A stretch of 63,978 nt of DNA, filler included, from Octopus bimaculoides (GCF_001194135.2; 6 parts of 6 records of this genome joined end to end with filler, not necessarily neighbours in it), one strand, 5' to 3'; counted from the whole stretch's first letter, positions 41,425 through 54,394 are shown. Notes: a model not told the origin generated them from the sequence alone. A program made the numbers and translations.

Positions 41425-42858
41425 TATGTGTACAGTTATCGACAATCTCTTCAATATTAATACAGTTAACGTCAGCAATTCTTGTCCAGATAACAATAAT
41501 TCCAAGACCTCAACCATAAACGGAGACCTGCAGCTAGACAACCCCTCACCAAAAACCAGCTTGTAAATTCAGAAACCTTTCACTCTTCATAACTAGAGAT
41601 GGCAGTTCCTCAAAATGCTAATATACAAAGAAACAAAAACTTACTCCTGTGATATCAAACAACCAGCAACCTCATAAATAATATACGCACATACATGTAT
41701 AGATATATGTATAGTAGTGTGTAATAACTATATATTCTTATTCTGGAATATCTTAATCAAAGGGTAGTAGAATCAGTAGATTCTCTCTAATGGCTTTGGC
41801 GAATTTAATGACGTACAAATTTCAAATTCCTTCTCAAGGTCGATAAAATAAATACCAGTTATGTATTGGGGACGATTAGGTCGACTTGTCTCCTTTCTCA
41901 AAAATATGAGACTTTCTGCCAAATCTGAGAAAATATTATTTTACATAATTCCAGAATATTTTATAAATATTCTTTATTGATTTATTCAACATTTTCCGAT
42001 GACTTATAAGATTTAAAATACAATTTTGATAAAAGTCTGCATTAGAACATTATTTTAATTTTATATTTCTTATTAATAAAATATTTTTTATTCGTGTACA
42101 ATCGGACGCTTAAATAACACGGTGTATATCATGTTTACGTCAAATCCTTTTTCCACAATATATTTTCCGATTTCTTTTAAAAAAAATTTTCTTGTGTAAA
42201 TTATGCTTCGAAATATTCGAAATAAAAGATTACCTGTTTAAATCCAACTCCATATTTTTTTTTTAATTCAATGATGAAATATTTTGTGAAAATTGTGCAA
42301 AATTATGGAGAAAGAAAAAAAGCATTATGAAAAAAAATCTTCTTTTGTTGCAGAACTTCTGCACAGAACTGCGGGCTTTTTTTTTTTTTAGGTTTTTTTC
42401 ATGCATATTTTTTTACCAATATAATGGAAAGAAAGTTCATATTAAACAATAACATTAAAACCAAAGAGGAAATTCAAAGAGAATTTGAAATTTTGTAACT
42501 GAAAGGAAAATCCATCTAAAGGATCTGATTGAAATTGCTGCTATTTCTGTCATCTCTGTTATAGTTGCTATGGAACAGAATAGCTTCCATGTTATTGCAA
42601 TCTGAGATTTAAATGTATGTGCTTGTGCACATACGTGCGCTCGCGCGTGCGTGTATGTATGTATGTATGTATGTATGTTCTATCGGTTATAGTTGTCAAA
42701 TTTCTGCCCAATAGAAAAAGAATCAAACTCCAAACCAGAAACAAGGTTCTTTCATTACTATTTTGGCAATATCAATTAGATGGTCGTCTATATGAGTCTA
42801 TATGTATATATGCATAGATCACATGTATGAATGCATGAGTCTATGTATCTATTATCAA

Positions 42859-42921
<63 letters not shown>

Positions 42922-44404
42922 TTATATGCGTTCTCGCATGTATGGATGCCATTGTGAGCCCAAAATTGCATATGTGGAGATATTTGTGCACATGTATATA
43001 CGTTTATGTGTGTGTATGTTTATATGTGTATATTGTGTATATGTGTGTGCATACATCTGTGTATATTGTGTATATGTGTGTGCATACATCTGTGTATGTG
43101 TATATGTTTGTAAATAGATCTATCTACACACACGCCTGCATGTTTATACCTGTGCATGGGTGTTGTGTGGGCATACATGCTTGCACGTGCACATCTACCT
43201 GCGAGTGTGTCTGTATATCATTAGGTATGTATGTATAAGTACGTAGACATACGTTTATATATCTATATGCGTATATAGTGTTAGATATAGATCTATATGC
43301 GTATATAGTGTTAGTATAATCTAGTATAAACTGTTACATAACCGGATCGTAGACGACTAAATCACTAACTTGATGATGAGAAGGGCTACTAGACGGCCAG
43401 TTGGACAAGAAGAACTGTCAAATGATGGATGAACTCAGAAATACGTGAGATGGTGAAAGAGAGGTGCTATGATGTGTCCTCTAATGATGTGTCCTCTATT
43501 TTCTTATCAGAACATCTGTCTCGCACTGTTACATAAGGTTATCTAGTCGGGGTTAAGGTGACATATCTACAACGACCTTCTAATCTATGGGTGAGTAGAG
43601 GAAGAAAAATGGTTAGAAAAGTAAATTCGTAAGAAAAACAAGTTAAAACGTTCCCAAAGACTGAATTACCAGTGACTTTTTTACAATGTGATAAAGTACC
43701 AAATCTCTTCTGTCGTCTTTTCTACGGGATTTTCCCTCTTCACAACAAATATAGTAATGCTTAGAATTGTACATCTTCCGACTCCACAACTAGGTCGCAT
43801 TGTGTGAGTGTTTGAAACAATCTGAGGCGCGGACCTTGGGTGTTAGGGGTGGTCATTGATGTTACGGTGGTCGGAGTATTATGTCTGCTTGCGATGATGA
43901 AATACCGCCACTTTCGTAGTCTCCTTGCTTTTGTGGGCTCATGGAAGGTGTAGCGTGGGCGGAAGAGGTGTTATATACTCCGGTCAACCTCACTGCTATA
44001 TCTTCCGTTACCGTTGCTCTTTTAAGAAGCATAATCATCAAATGGTCCATCAAATCATCGCCATCGAATCTGATGTAAAACCATTAGTAAGTCTGAGCAC
44101 ACATTCACTATGTCTCTGTATACAACTTTTACATTTTTCTCCCTTCATGGGTCCGGTTACCCATGGGACAATTTGATAACATCGACTCCAGTACTTGACT
44201 GACACTTTATTTTATCGACCCGGAAGTATTTTGTCCGACGTGCAAACCATTCTGCCAGCTCTACAGTTATGTACATATCCATATATGTATATGTCTGTAT
44301 GTGTACATTTGTACATATTCAATATGTCTGTATGTGTATGTACATATACATAATTGTATATGTCTATACGTGTGTATGTATTCTATATATGTAAATCTAT
44401 ATGT

Positions 44405-44788
44405 TTTGTTGGTACTCCGTCGCTTACGACGTCGAGGGTTCCAGTTGATCCGATCAACGGAACAGCCTGCTCGTGAAATTAACGTGCAAGTGGCTGAGCA
44501 CTCCACAGACACGTGTACCCTTAACGTAGTTCTCGGGAATACTCAGCGTGACACAGAGTGACAAGGCTGACCTTTTGAATTACAGGCACAACAGAAACAG
44601 GAAGTAAAAGTGAGAGAAAGTTATGGTGAAAGAGTACAGCAGGGTTCGCCACCATCCCCTGCCGGAGCCTCGTGGAGCTTTAGGTGTTTGCACTCAATAA
44701 ACATTCACAACGCCCGGTCTGGGAATCGAAACGGCGATCCTATGACCACGAGTCCGCTGCCCTAACCACTGTGCCATTGCGCCTCCAC
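44405..44788 (-). mobile_element. tRNA-derived SINE, family B, full length, with 12-bp target-site duplication
   Basis: Same head and body as 12801-13197. AAATCTATATGT flanks both ends (44393-44404 and 44789-44800). Confidence 0.9.
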
Positions 44789-45482
44789 AAATCTATATGT
44801 AAATCATACATAAAAGACAAATTTAAATATTTCTCCATAGGCTGAAAAGAACGAACAGCCTTAATCGATGTTTGATCTTATTGGGATCTCATCAGAAGTA
44901 TCTACATAACTATATTTATAGTTGTTCACGTGTATGTGATGGCAATCTCTTGTCGTCCGAGAAAGACGGTTCTGCAGTTTCTTGTTGCAACAATCTGCAG
45001 CAAATGATTTGTACATTAGTTCATTCCCTCCACCAAACGGATGTTGCCTGAACAGGTACACGGTATCGAATACCTGAACACTTCATATATCGAAGTGATT
45101 GCAGAGCAACAGTAAATCAAGGTTTTTACTCAAGAATGCAACGCAATGCAATGCACCACCCGGTTCAAGAATTGAAACCAGGATCACGCGATGAGAACAG
45201 AAATGATCGAAGACCGAAATTCGGACTGAAATCGAAAATCTTTAAAATTACCGATTAAAATCAGTATTGTTGTCTTACATTTATTGAATTTCGATTTCAG
45301 TTCAGAAGTATATTTCGAGGGGTTTTGCTGACTGTTTTATATTCAATCTCTTGATTTTCTTTTCTTTACTGATTTGATTGGTTCTTTGATTTTTTGTTTA
45401 TGAAACTATCTCAGGAGTTTTATCGATTTTGAATCTCAAATCAAAATAAAGGAAGCAACTAATATGTCTGATAAAACAAAAA

Positions 45483-45662
45483 CTTGTATCGAAGTTGCTA
45501 TTTTTGTGTTGAAAACAGAGAAAATGCAAACTGTTGTCATAAAAAGAGGCCATATTTGACACAAATCCCGTACTTGAATCGAAATTACTATTTTTGTGTC
45601 GAAAACAGAGTAAAAGAAAAGTTTCATTGCATAAAAAGAGGCCATATTTGGCCAAACTCCGT
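45483..45662. repeat. Two tandem ~90-bp copies
   Basis: acttg(t/a)atcgaa..tatttttgtgt(t/c)gaaaacagag...cataaaaagaggccatatttg is duplicated. Confidence 0.7.
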
Positions 45663-46946
45663 ACTAAAACTCAGATCGATCAACTTGATTGATGTAAATG
45701 AGATTGAACACCAGTATGCCGTAGGTGACTGCTCCGTCGATCACCTTCGATCGTCTAGCACCTTGCTGATTCAGTCATGCGCACTGTCTCTTTCTGTTTG
45801 TTGATAATCTGTAAATGTAGCACCAAACGATAATTAGAAATCTTTGGGAAAAAAGCATAAGCTGTTGGCTGCTTTTGAAAATATCTCTTATTGATTACTC
45901 CAGCTTCGCATTCATCTTTAGGTAATCTTTCAGTTGTCAAATTTGTGTATGGCTTAGTACGAGTAGGGGTGAGGTGTTATCCATGATCGTTTGAGGGGAT
46001 TTCAAGATAGCTGGATAGAAGAAAAAGAGGAAGAAGCCACAAGCCATGTCTAACCACAATGTGAAGTGGCGAATCGAGATATTGATTTATATCCAGATCG
46101 AAAATCTAGACTGAGTGATTGCAACTAATTGGACTCTGTTAAAGGTATCCATACTGGTCTGGCACCAGTCGGCTGATGATGTCAAATGACGGATTAAGTA
46201 CGCATTCAACCGTTCATCACCAGAGAATATTCATTTATGGGTGGTCAGTTTTCTTAACTTACTAAATAACTTCTGCTCCGACCACACTGACAATAACAAT
46301 TAACTTCATCCTTGCAAACCAGAGAAAACCTACAGAATTCTACAAAGTCTTTGACTTCGCTAACAATGATAAAACAAAGAAAACGGATCTAAAATGAAAT
46401 TCGAATTTATGCCACTCGAACTCTGAAGAATTTTGACCATAAACATCACCACACGACACTGAATATGAATAACGAATTTCTGAATTTCTTATTTTAAATT
46501 CCGACGTAGATTTAACTATCTAATAGCACTATAAAGATAATAGGGCAGTCGAGAATCCCTTATCTGAAATTAATGGAACTGAAAGTATTGCGGAATTTGG
46601 GCTTTTCGGATATCAGAGTATTTTTATATTTGCATCTATAAAATGGGACAGTTTGAGAATGGGAACAAAGTCTAAATACAATATCCATTTACATTTCCTA
46701 ATACAGCTAATACATATATCCTGAACGTAGTTTTATTTGAATTTTTCATGAATTTTATTCATCTTTTCTGGATCGATAAAATAAAGTAGTAGTCGAGGTA
46801 CTTGGGTCGATGTGATAGACTCGACCTACCCCGAAAATTGACATCTGGAACCACCATAATTCCATTCAAAAGTGGAGCCGTTAGAGATTCGGGTAATATG
46901 TCTTGTAGAATATGTATGTACGTATATATATATAAATATATATATG

Positions 46947-46979
<33 letters not shown>

Positions 46980-47734
46980 TTGTGTGTCTGTGTTTGTCCC
47001 CCCAACATCGCTTGACAACCAATGCTGGTGTGTTTATGTCCCCGTAACTTAGCGGTTCGGCAAAAGAGACCGATAGAATAAGTACTAGGCTTCCAAAGAA
47101 TAAGTCCTGGGGTCGATTTGCTCGACTAAAAAGNNNNNNNNNNNNNNNNNNNNNNNNNNNNNNNNNNNNNNNNNNNNNNNNNNNNNNNNNNNNNNNNNNN
47201 NNNNNNNNNNNNNNNNNNNNNNNNNNNNNNNNNNNNNNNNNNNNNNNNNNNNNNNNNNNNNNNNNNNNNNNNNNNNNNNNNNNNNNNNNNNNNNNNNNNN
47301 NNNNNNNNNNNNGTTTTATAAAGAAAGAGATTGCTCTTTCCAGGGATGTCTTACAGCCTAGCTTCCTCCGGTTATCCATATATCTGTGAATCTAATGGAA
47401 TGTGTTTTTTCCGTGTTGGTATTAGTGTTTCATAGACACTAGTACTATACACATTATGGAGTTCCAGTAGTCTGTAAAGATGCTTTCGTCCGATTCTAAA
47501 TAAGCGAACATAAATTTAGTAGTATAATATAAAGAAAAGGTAGAGATCGCTTCAGGGCTATATATATATACAATGAGCTTTCACATAGTTTCCATCTAAT
47601 AAATTCATTCCCAAAGCTAGGAGCTCTCGTTAAAACCCAAGATGCCGAACAGAGAGACTGAACACGAAACCTCGCAGTTGCAGAGCGAACTTCTTAACCA
47701 CGTAACCATACCAGTATACATGCATACATACATT

Positions 47735-47767
<33 letters not shown>

Positions 47768-48879
47768 ACTATCAGGAGAAAAATATTACATAAAAATGCG
47801 ATTTATACACATGACAACATTTTTTTTTATTTTAACTTAATATTTAAAACCATTTATCCATCAAAACGTCAACTAGTTTGAATAACCTAACTACAAATAA
47901 ATAAAATATATACTATCTTCTCGCTCTCTCTCTCTCTCTCTCACTGTTTATACACACACACATATATATATATATATACGTTCTTAATCTTTTAAGTGCA
48001 GACGCTCGTTTTTATATCATGAATGACGGAAGTATTTCTAAGTTTTTTTAAAATGTTGTCTATTTATATCAAGACTTGTCTTAATCTTGTAGCTATTCTA
48101 TGTAACGTGACCTGTTCATGGCAGCAATCGTTCTCTTCTCATTAAAAACAATGTTTTAATTCCTTTCCTAAGCTTCGAATAGCCCAACGGTCGTTGATGT
48201 AGGTTTTTCTTCGTCTATTTTATTTTTTAATTTTATTTTTTACCTAAAGCATTACTAAAACAGAAACTGTTGTGATTAAAGGGTCAAAGAATCACGGAAG
48301 AATGCTGAAATTTAAGGGAAATAGTGGCATGATTGTTTAGATTAGCCGGTAACCCACGTGATCTGTTATCATGAATGTCCATCACGTGGTGTGTACAAAC
48401 GAATCAAAGATAGAACCTTGAAGTTGTCGCTGAAGTTGCAAAGTATAACAGCCGATTCTCTCTCACAGATCGCAGCGAACTGTCTTAAATTAAATTAGTC
48501 GGTCTGGTCCTATATTTTTTTTGTAAATCAAAAATGGTCACAGTTGGAATGCTTTTAATCATAGGTTATGCTCAATCAAGACTAACCTGAGATAGGTAGC
48601 AACAACAACAACGACATGTATTCCTCACTAAAACTACGTTCAAAGGAATAGCCTATCACATGTCATGTGGCACAATGTAGTTTTACCAGAGAAGTCAGCT
48701 TGCAAAGTTCTTGCATGCTATCCAGGAGACGAAATATGTCGTTAACTTTATATACTATATATAATCAGTAGCTGATACCATGTGGCCCCAGTTCACCTCT
48801 GATTTAGCAGTCCTATCGTAAGCAGTTGGACAAAAGACTTAGGCGCAATCCCAGATCTTTTGATCGAGGTATATCATGG

Positions 48880-49350
48880 TTTCATCAGTCATCGATCAGA
48901 TGCCTGCCTTCTGTCTAGGGGCCAGCTTGAGAAGATTCTCCAGGCCTCTCTGTGTTGTGCTGCCATGCATACAATAAGCCAAGCTCTAATTTCCAGTTCA
49001 TTCTTTTATATCGTCAATCTACAAATGCCTTTCGCTACTTCTTGTTCTCTTCCCCTCCACACTTCCTCTGAGGGTGGTCTTGCAGGGCAAGGACTCGTAT
49101 ATGTCCAAAATAGGATAACTATTCTCAACAGTAACTATCTCTAGTCCTTCAGTTTTTCTAGTACTGCAGTATTTGTTACTCTGTCTCTCCAGCTTATTCT
49201 CTATGGAAGTTCTCTGAAAAGCAACTATCTTCTCCATTGTTCTGTACATTGTCCAATTTTCTGTCTCGTAGAAGACATAAAAAATAAACAGTTTACTAGC
49301 CTCAGTGTTATGCTGTTTTATGCCCTTTGATGTAAAGATTGTTTTCATCC
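48880..49350 (-). mobile_element. Old RTE/LINE RT C-terminal remnant
   Basis: Minus ORF contains YETENWTMYRTMEKIVAF and LPCKTTLRGSVEGKRTR, resembling LINE YGxETWTL and GxVEGKRxRGRP motifs. Confidence 0.6.
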
Positions 49351-50734
49351 TTATAAGCGTTATTTTAGCCGAAAAATATGTGCCATTTAAACAGTTCGCA
49401 GACAGAACTGTCTATAGAAACATTGAGAGACACGATATGCTTACGGTTAAAATTAAAATACACCGATAAAAAGTACATAATTTTTTTTTAATGCATAGAT
49501 AAAACACATGTACATGAAATCAAATGAAAGATATAAATAATAATGCAAAAATATATACTACAGGGGTTTGTTTGACTATCAACTTTTATTATAAAGATTA
49601 TGAGGAAGAAAGAATTAGACAGATTGGGAAATAGAGTTATTAAGAGAAAAAGAAAACAGAAAAGAAGATAATAAAGGAATAAATTGCGATTGGTAATTTA
49701 GCATTTGTCAATCGACTCTAGACTTTGCATTATAATCACAATTTCCTTCCCTTTCAGCCAGCCAGACGTCTACCCTCTCTTATGACTATTGTGTGTTTCC
49801 AATTAAAGTTAATTTATTACCGTCCAGTTTCATGGAAATTATAAAAAATGATGAGCTAATGTGTATGGTTACTTAGTTTTCTCTGAACTGATAGAATGGC
49901 ACATCTACTCGGCTATATGTTATAAAACAAAGTGAATTGGCGAAAATATATGGCGAGTAACTTATTTAAAAAGTTACCTGAGGAGGTGCATTCTATATGT
50001 GTGATGCAAGACAATTGTCTACACAGGATCTCACACATGAGCTACATGTGCGAGAATGAGTTGAAACAACTGTAGAAGTTTTGAATAAACAAGAGGTTTT
50101 CAAGATTCAAATACATACATACATACATACATATATACATACATACATATAGGAGACCAAAGTGTACGTACGCCGCTATATTTTTATATATAAAAAATAC
50201 AAAAGTGGGACAAGAATGCAAAACATCCAGACAGTTAGGTGATACAAAAAAGGGACAACAAAACATCGATACAAAGAAAACAAGGACGGGTCATTCGGAG
50301 TTTTCTTTCCAATCTGGCCAGCCCCGAGGAAAAACTAAGCTAAGAGCACTAGATTCCTTGGAAGAAAGCAGCGAATGTATACGAAAACAAAGACGAACAA
50401 AAACGGAGAAATGGTACACAAATACAAATAACAGGACATAACAACAGGTGTCTTTCGATACATGCATACATACATACATACATACATACATACTCATATG
50501 CATGGTATATTATGTACATACACACACGCAATATATATGTCATTACATATATATTGCATATTTAATAGATATTTGTCCTCTGCTGCATGATAAACCAGCT
50601 GCTAAATATATCAGAACAATCTCCTTCACTTTTCTGTGTACAAACAGAATAACAAGTTATATAAACACACGTGTTTAAGGTTCCACTGCAAAATGTTTAA
50701 AATCTGTAGTTCAACAACTTTAAAGTTACATTAG

Positions 50735-50834
50735 NNNNNNNNNNNNNNNNNNNNNNNNNNNNNNNNNNNNNNNNNNNNTTAATTAATTAANNNNNNNNNN
50801 NNNNNNNNNNNNNNNNNNNNNNNNNNNNNNNNNN
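50735..50834. other. Artificial scaffold linker
   Basis: 44 N + TTAATTAATTAA (50779-50790) + 44 N. Confidence 0.95.
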
Positions 50835-51150
50835 GGTAGTAGTAGAAGTAGAACTGATGGTGGTAGTAAAAACAGTAGTTGTAGTAGTAGTGTTAGGGGT
50901 AGTGGTGGTGGCAGTGGAACTGATAGTGGTGGTGATGGCAGTAGTAGTAGTAGTAGTAGCGGTGGTGGTGGTGGTGGTGGTGATAGTGTGGACAGTGGGT
51001 GTTGGTCATTATGGTGATGGTAGGGTAATCATTGTGGTGGTCATTGCAGTAACGTTGGTGGTAGTAGTGGTGGTGATGATAGTTGTGATGGTCACTGTCA
51101 ACAATAACAGTGTCCACATGCCTACACTAACGCCATCTACACAGTCATAT

Positions 51151-51325
51151 AGGTGCAGGCTTGACCATGTGGTTAGGAAGCTTGCTTTGTTACCATGTGG
51201 TTCCAGGTTCAGTCCCACTGTGTGGCACCTTGGGCATGTGTCTTTTACTATGGCCATGGGCCAACTAATGCCTTGTGAGTGGATATGGTAGATGGAAACT
51301 GTGAGGAAGCTCATCATACGTATAC

Positions 51326-51357
<32 letters not shown>

Positions 51358-51580
51358 TTGTGTGTATTTGTCCCCCCTCCCCCCACTACTGCTCGACAAC
51401 CGATGTTGGTGTGTTTACAACCTCATAACTTAGTGGTTCAGCAAAAAGGACCAATAGAATAAATGCCAGATTTTTTTTTAAATTTAAAAAAATAAGTAGT
51501 GAGAGTCAATTTGTTTGAATAAAAATCCCTTTGAGGCAATACTCCAGCATGGCCAGAACATTCTAATGACTGAAACAAGG
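51151..51580 (+). mobile_element. SINE family A, full-length copy, followed by a 15-bp tandem tail (atggaagataaaggt x4, 51581-51640)
   Basis: Colinear with 59364-59780. Confidence 0.8.
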
Positions 51581-51739
51581 ATGGAAGATAAAGGTATGGA
51601 AGATAAAGGTATGGAAGATAAAGGTATGGAAGATAAAGGTATACAGCAACGCCACCTACAATAACAGTGTCCCCAGTGACATCATATCTACAGTAATATC
51701 ACTTCCACTGATGGCGCCCCAAATGACATTACATCTACA

Positions 51740-52097
51740 GTTGTTGGAACTCCGTCATTTACAACGTCGAGGGTTCCAGTTGATCCGATCAACAGCTGAG
51801 CACTCCACAGACACGTGCACCCTTAACGTAGTTCTCGGGGGGGATATTCAGCGTGACACAGTGTGTGACAAGGCTGACCCTTTCAATTACAGGCACAACA
51901 GAAAACAGGAAGAAAGAGTGAGAGAAAGTTGTGGTGAAAGAGTACAGCAGGGTTCCGCCACCATCCCCTGCCAGAGCCTCGTGGAGCTTTAGGTATTTTC
52001 GCTCAATAAACACTCACAACGCCCGGTCTGGGAATCGAAACCGCAATCCTATGACCGCGAGTCCGCTGCCCTAACCACTGGGCCATTGCGCCTCAAC
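51740..52097 (-). mobile_element. tRNA-derived SINE, family B, with small internal deletion, in the intron after the second ULK exon found
   Basis: Colinear with the other two copies. Confidence 0.85.
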
Positions 52098-52522
52098 ATT
52101 TGCAGTAACACCATTTCAAATGACGGTGTACACAATGACATCACACCTACACTAAAATCACCTCCAATGACATCATGTCAATTCCCCAAGGTTACCGTCA
52201 TATTGACAATAATCCAGGAACTCTACCAAAGCAACAAAAAAAAAAATCTTCCACAAGACACCAATGAGCCACACAATGACAATCTGTTTTCATAATTACT
52301 GTTGGTAATTAGCATCAGCAATTAATGAAAACAGTTTAAGTGGTACTGGCCAATATGGAGGAGGGGATAGGTTCATAATTAGGCCAAGTGGAGAAGGTCT
52401 GTCATAATTTTTTTGTGCATGAGTGTGTATGGGTGTATGTGTCTGTGTGTGTGTGTGTGTGTACATGATAGGGGGCCAGTGTTAAGGTCCCCACTAAATA
52501 TCCCCTAATAAATTCCACTTAC

Positions 52523-52573
52523 CTTACAATCCAACAATGCCACAACATTTTCATGATGTAATCCTGATAATTC
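52523..52573 (-). CDS. ULK1/ULK2: Next coding exon (probable exon 3) of the ULK/Atg1 kinase: ELSGLHHENVVALLDCK
   Basis: 51-nt phase 0/0 exon with acceptor ttttttatgtttgcAG and donor AAG|GTAAGT. It splices in frame to the previous exon and matches invertebrate Atg1 ELTELHHENVVALLDCK. Confidence 0.95.
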
Positions 52574-52638
52574 CTGCAAACATAAAAAACATTATTATTA
52601 TTATAATTATTATTATTATTATCGTCTCCTTCATTGGA

Positions 52639-52757
52639 CACTTGTGCCGCAGCTTCGCGTTCCTGGCACTTGTGCCGCAGCTTCACGTTCCTGGCACTTG
52701 TGCCGCAGTTTCGCGTTCCTGGCACTTGTGCCGCAACTTCACATTCCTGGCACTTGT
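52639..52757. repeat. GC-rich 28-bp minisatellite, at least 4 copies, continuing into a gap
   Basis: Unit cacttgtgccgcagcttcgcgttcctgg. Confidence 0.9.
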
Positions 52758-53077
52758 NNNNNNNNNNNNNNNNNNNNNNNNNNNNNNNNNNNNNNNNNNN
52801 NNNNNNNNNNNNNNNNNNNNNNNNNNNNNNNNNNNNNNNNNNNNNNNNNNNNNNNNNNNNNNNNNNNNNNNNNNNNNNNNNNNNNNNNNNNNNNNNNNNN
52901 NNNNNNNNNNNNNNNNNNNNNNNNNNNNNNNNNNNNNNNNNNNNNNNNNNNNNNNNNNNNNNNNNNNNNNNNNNNNNNNNNNNNNNNNNNNNNNNNNNNN
53001 NNNNNNNNNNNNNNNNNNNNNNNNNNNNNNNNNNNNNNNNNNNNNNNNNNNNNNNNNNNNNNNNNNNNNNNNNNNNN

Positions 53078-53229
53078 ATGGTTGGCGTTAGGAAGGGCAT
53101 CCAGCTGTAGAAACTCTGCCAAATCAGACTGGAGCTTGGTGTAGCCATCTGGTTTCACCAGTCCTCAGTCAAATCGTCCAACCCATGCTAGCATGGAAGG
53201 CGGACGTTAAACGATGATGATGATGATGA
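53078..53229 (+). mobile_element. 3' part of a MetaSINE-like element with (GAT)n tail, in the intron between the two ULK exons
   Basis: ggttggcgttaggaagggcatccagctgtagaaa resembles the MetaSINE central domain (recalled). Ends in ggacgttaaacgatgatgatgat. Confidence 0.6.
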
Positions 53230-53675
53230 CAGTAGTGGTGGTGGTTATGGGGGTAGTAGTAAAAGTGATAATGTTGGAGGTAAAAGTACAAATAATGGTG
53301 GTGGTGGTGGTGGTGGTAAGGCTGGGGGGGCTTATACACAGTAGTGATGGTCATGATGATGGTGGTGGTGGTGATGGTGGTGGTGGTAGTAGTAGTGATG
53401 ATAAAAGTGATTCTACAATGGAGGTGATGGTGGTGGTGGTGGTAACGATGGTGTGGTGATGATGACAATTGTAGTGATGATGGTTGCGGAAGTGGTGGTG
53501 GTGGTGACGACGATGGTGATGGTAGTTGTGGTGAAGTTGATGATGATGATGGTGATGATGATGATGGTGGTGGTGGTGGAAGCAATGGTAACAATGGTGG
53601 TGGTAGTAAGTGATGATGGTCATGGTGATGGTGTGAGTGGAGACACTGACCACAATGACATGAAGATGATGGCAG

Positions 53676-53707
<32 letters not shown>

Positions 53708-53803
53708 GTGGTGATGATGATGAGGAGGAGGAGGAGGATGATGATGAGGATGATGAGGATGATGATGATGATGAGGATGATGATGAGGATGATGATGATG
53801 AGG

Positions 53804-53835
<32 letters not shown>

Positions 53836-53851
53836 GAGGAGGATGATGATG

Positions 53852-53883
<32 letters not shown>

Positions 53884-53915
53884 GATGATGATGATGATGA
53901 CGATGATGAGGATGG
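53230..53915. repeat. (GGT)n/(GAT)n/(GAG)n trinucleotide array in the ULK intron
   Basis: Direct inspection. It produces the poly-M/V ORF artefacts. Confidence 0.95.
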
Positions 53916-53953
53916 CGGTGAAGCTAAATGGTAACTTTAACGATGGCACTGAC

Positions 53954-54046
53954 CTTAAGAATCTTTATTTCCTTGCTCAGGAGACTCTGAGACTTCCCCA
54001 AGTTCTTTTTGGTGATGCTTTTGATAGCAACGGTCGTACAGGGTCG
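53954..54046 (-). CDS. ULK1/ULK2: Internal coding exon (probable exon 2) of an Atg1/unc-51/ULK1-2 Ser/Thr kinase: RPCTTVAIKSITKKNLGKSQSLLSKEIKILK
   Basis: 93-nt phase 0/0 exon with acceptor ttttctcgttccAG and donor AAG|GTcagt. It contains the VAIK lysine (subdomain II) and the alphaC KEIKILK motif, and closely resembles ULK/Atg1 VAVKCINKKNLAKSQTLLGKEIKILK (recalled, not searched). Confidence 0.95.
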
Positions 54047-54151
54047 CTGGAACGAGAAAACAAACCATACATTGCAGTTAGACAAGACAAACAGACAGAC
54101 ACGCGTGTGTATACAGAAAAATGCAGGAATGGTGACACAAGCTGTGTGTAT

Positions 54152-54194
<43 letters not shown>

Positions 54195-54224
54195 GGTTCA
54201 AAAAAGGAAAAAGACAAAAAAATA

Positions 54225-54390
54225 ACAACAACGTGAGGACGTGATACAGATTGTGTTACTAGACGCTCGGGAAAGGAAAGAGAGAGAGAGCATGACGTTT
54301 CGAGCGGAGCTCTTCGTCGTTAACAAAGAAAGTCCAAAGGGAAAAACGGAGGAAGAAAAATCTCCACCGATATCCACGAGGTTACATATA
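54225..54390 (-). mobile_element. Second copy of the Penelope-like repeat, with a decayed hammerhead core
   Basis: Minus strand reads AAC-GACGA-A-GAGC-TCC-GCTC-GAAACGTC (core lacks U4). Flanks are homologous to 32993-33240. Confidence 0.5.
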
Positions 54391-54394
54391 TATA

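Noticed and set aside
44851-45051. Plus-strand acceptor followed by a ~70-codon open frame (LKRTNSLNRC...)
   Set aside because: No recognisable homology, its phase is incompatible with the 35880 donor, and it overlaps a probable repeat remnant.
52639-52757. 28-bp repeats as a CRISPR-like array
   Set aside because: The repeats are head-to-tail with no spacers, in a eukaryotic context.
53453-54244. 263-aa poly-Met/Val plus-strand ORF overlapping the ULK exon
   Set aside because: It is a (GAT/GGT)n artefact. The real coding signal is the spliced minus-strand exon.
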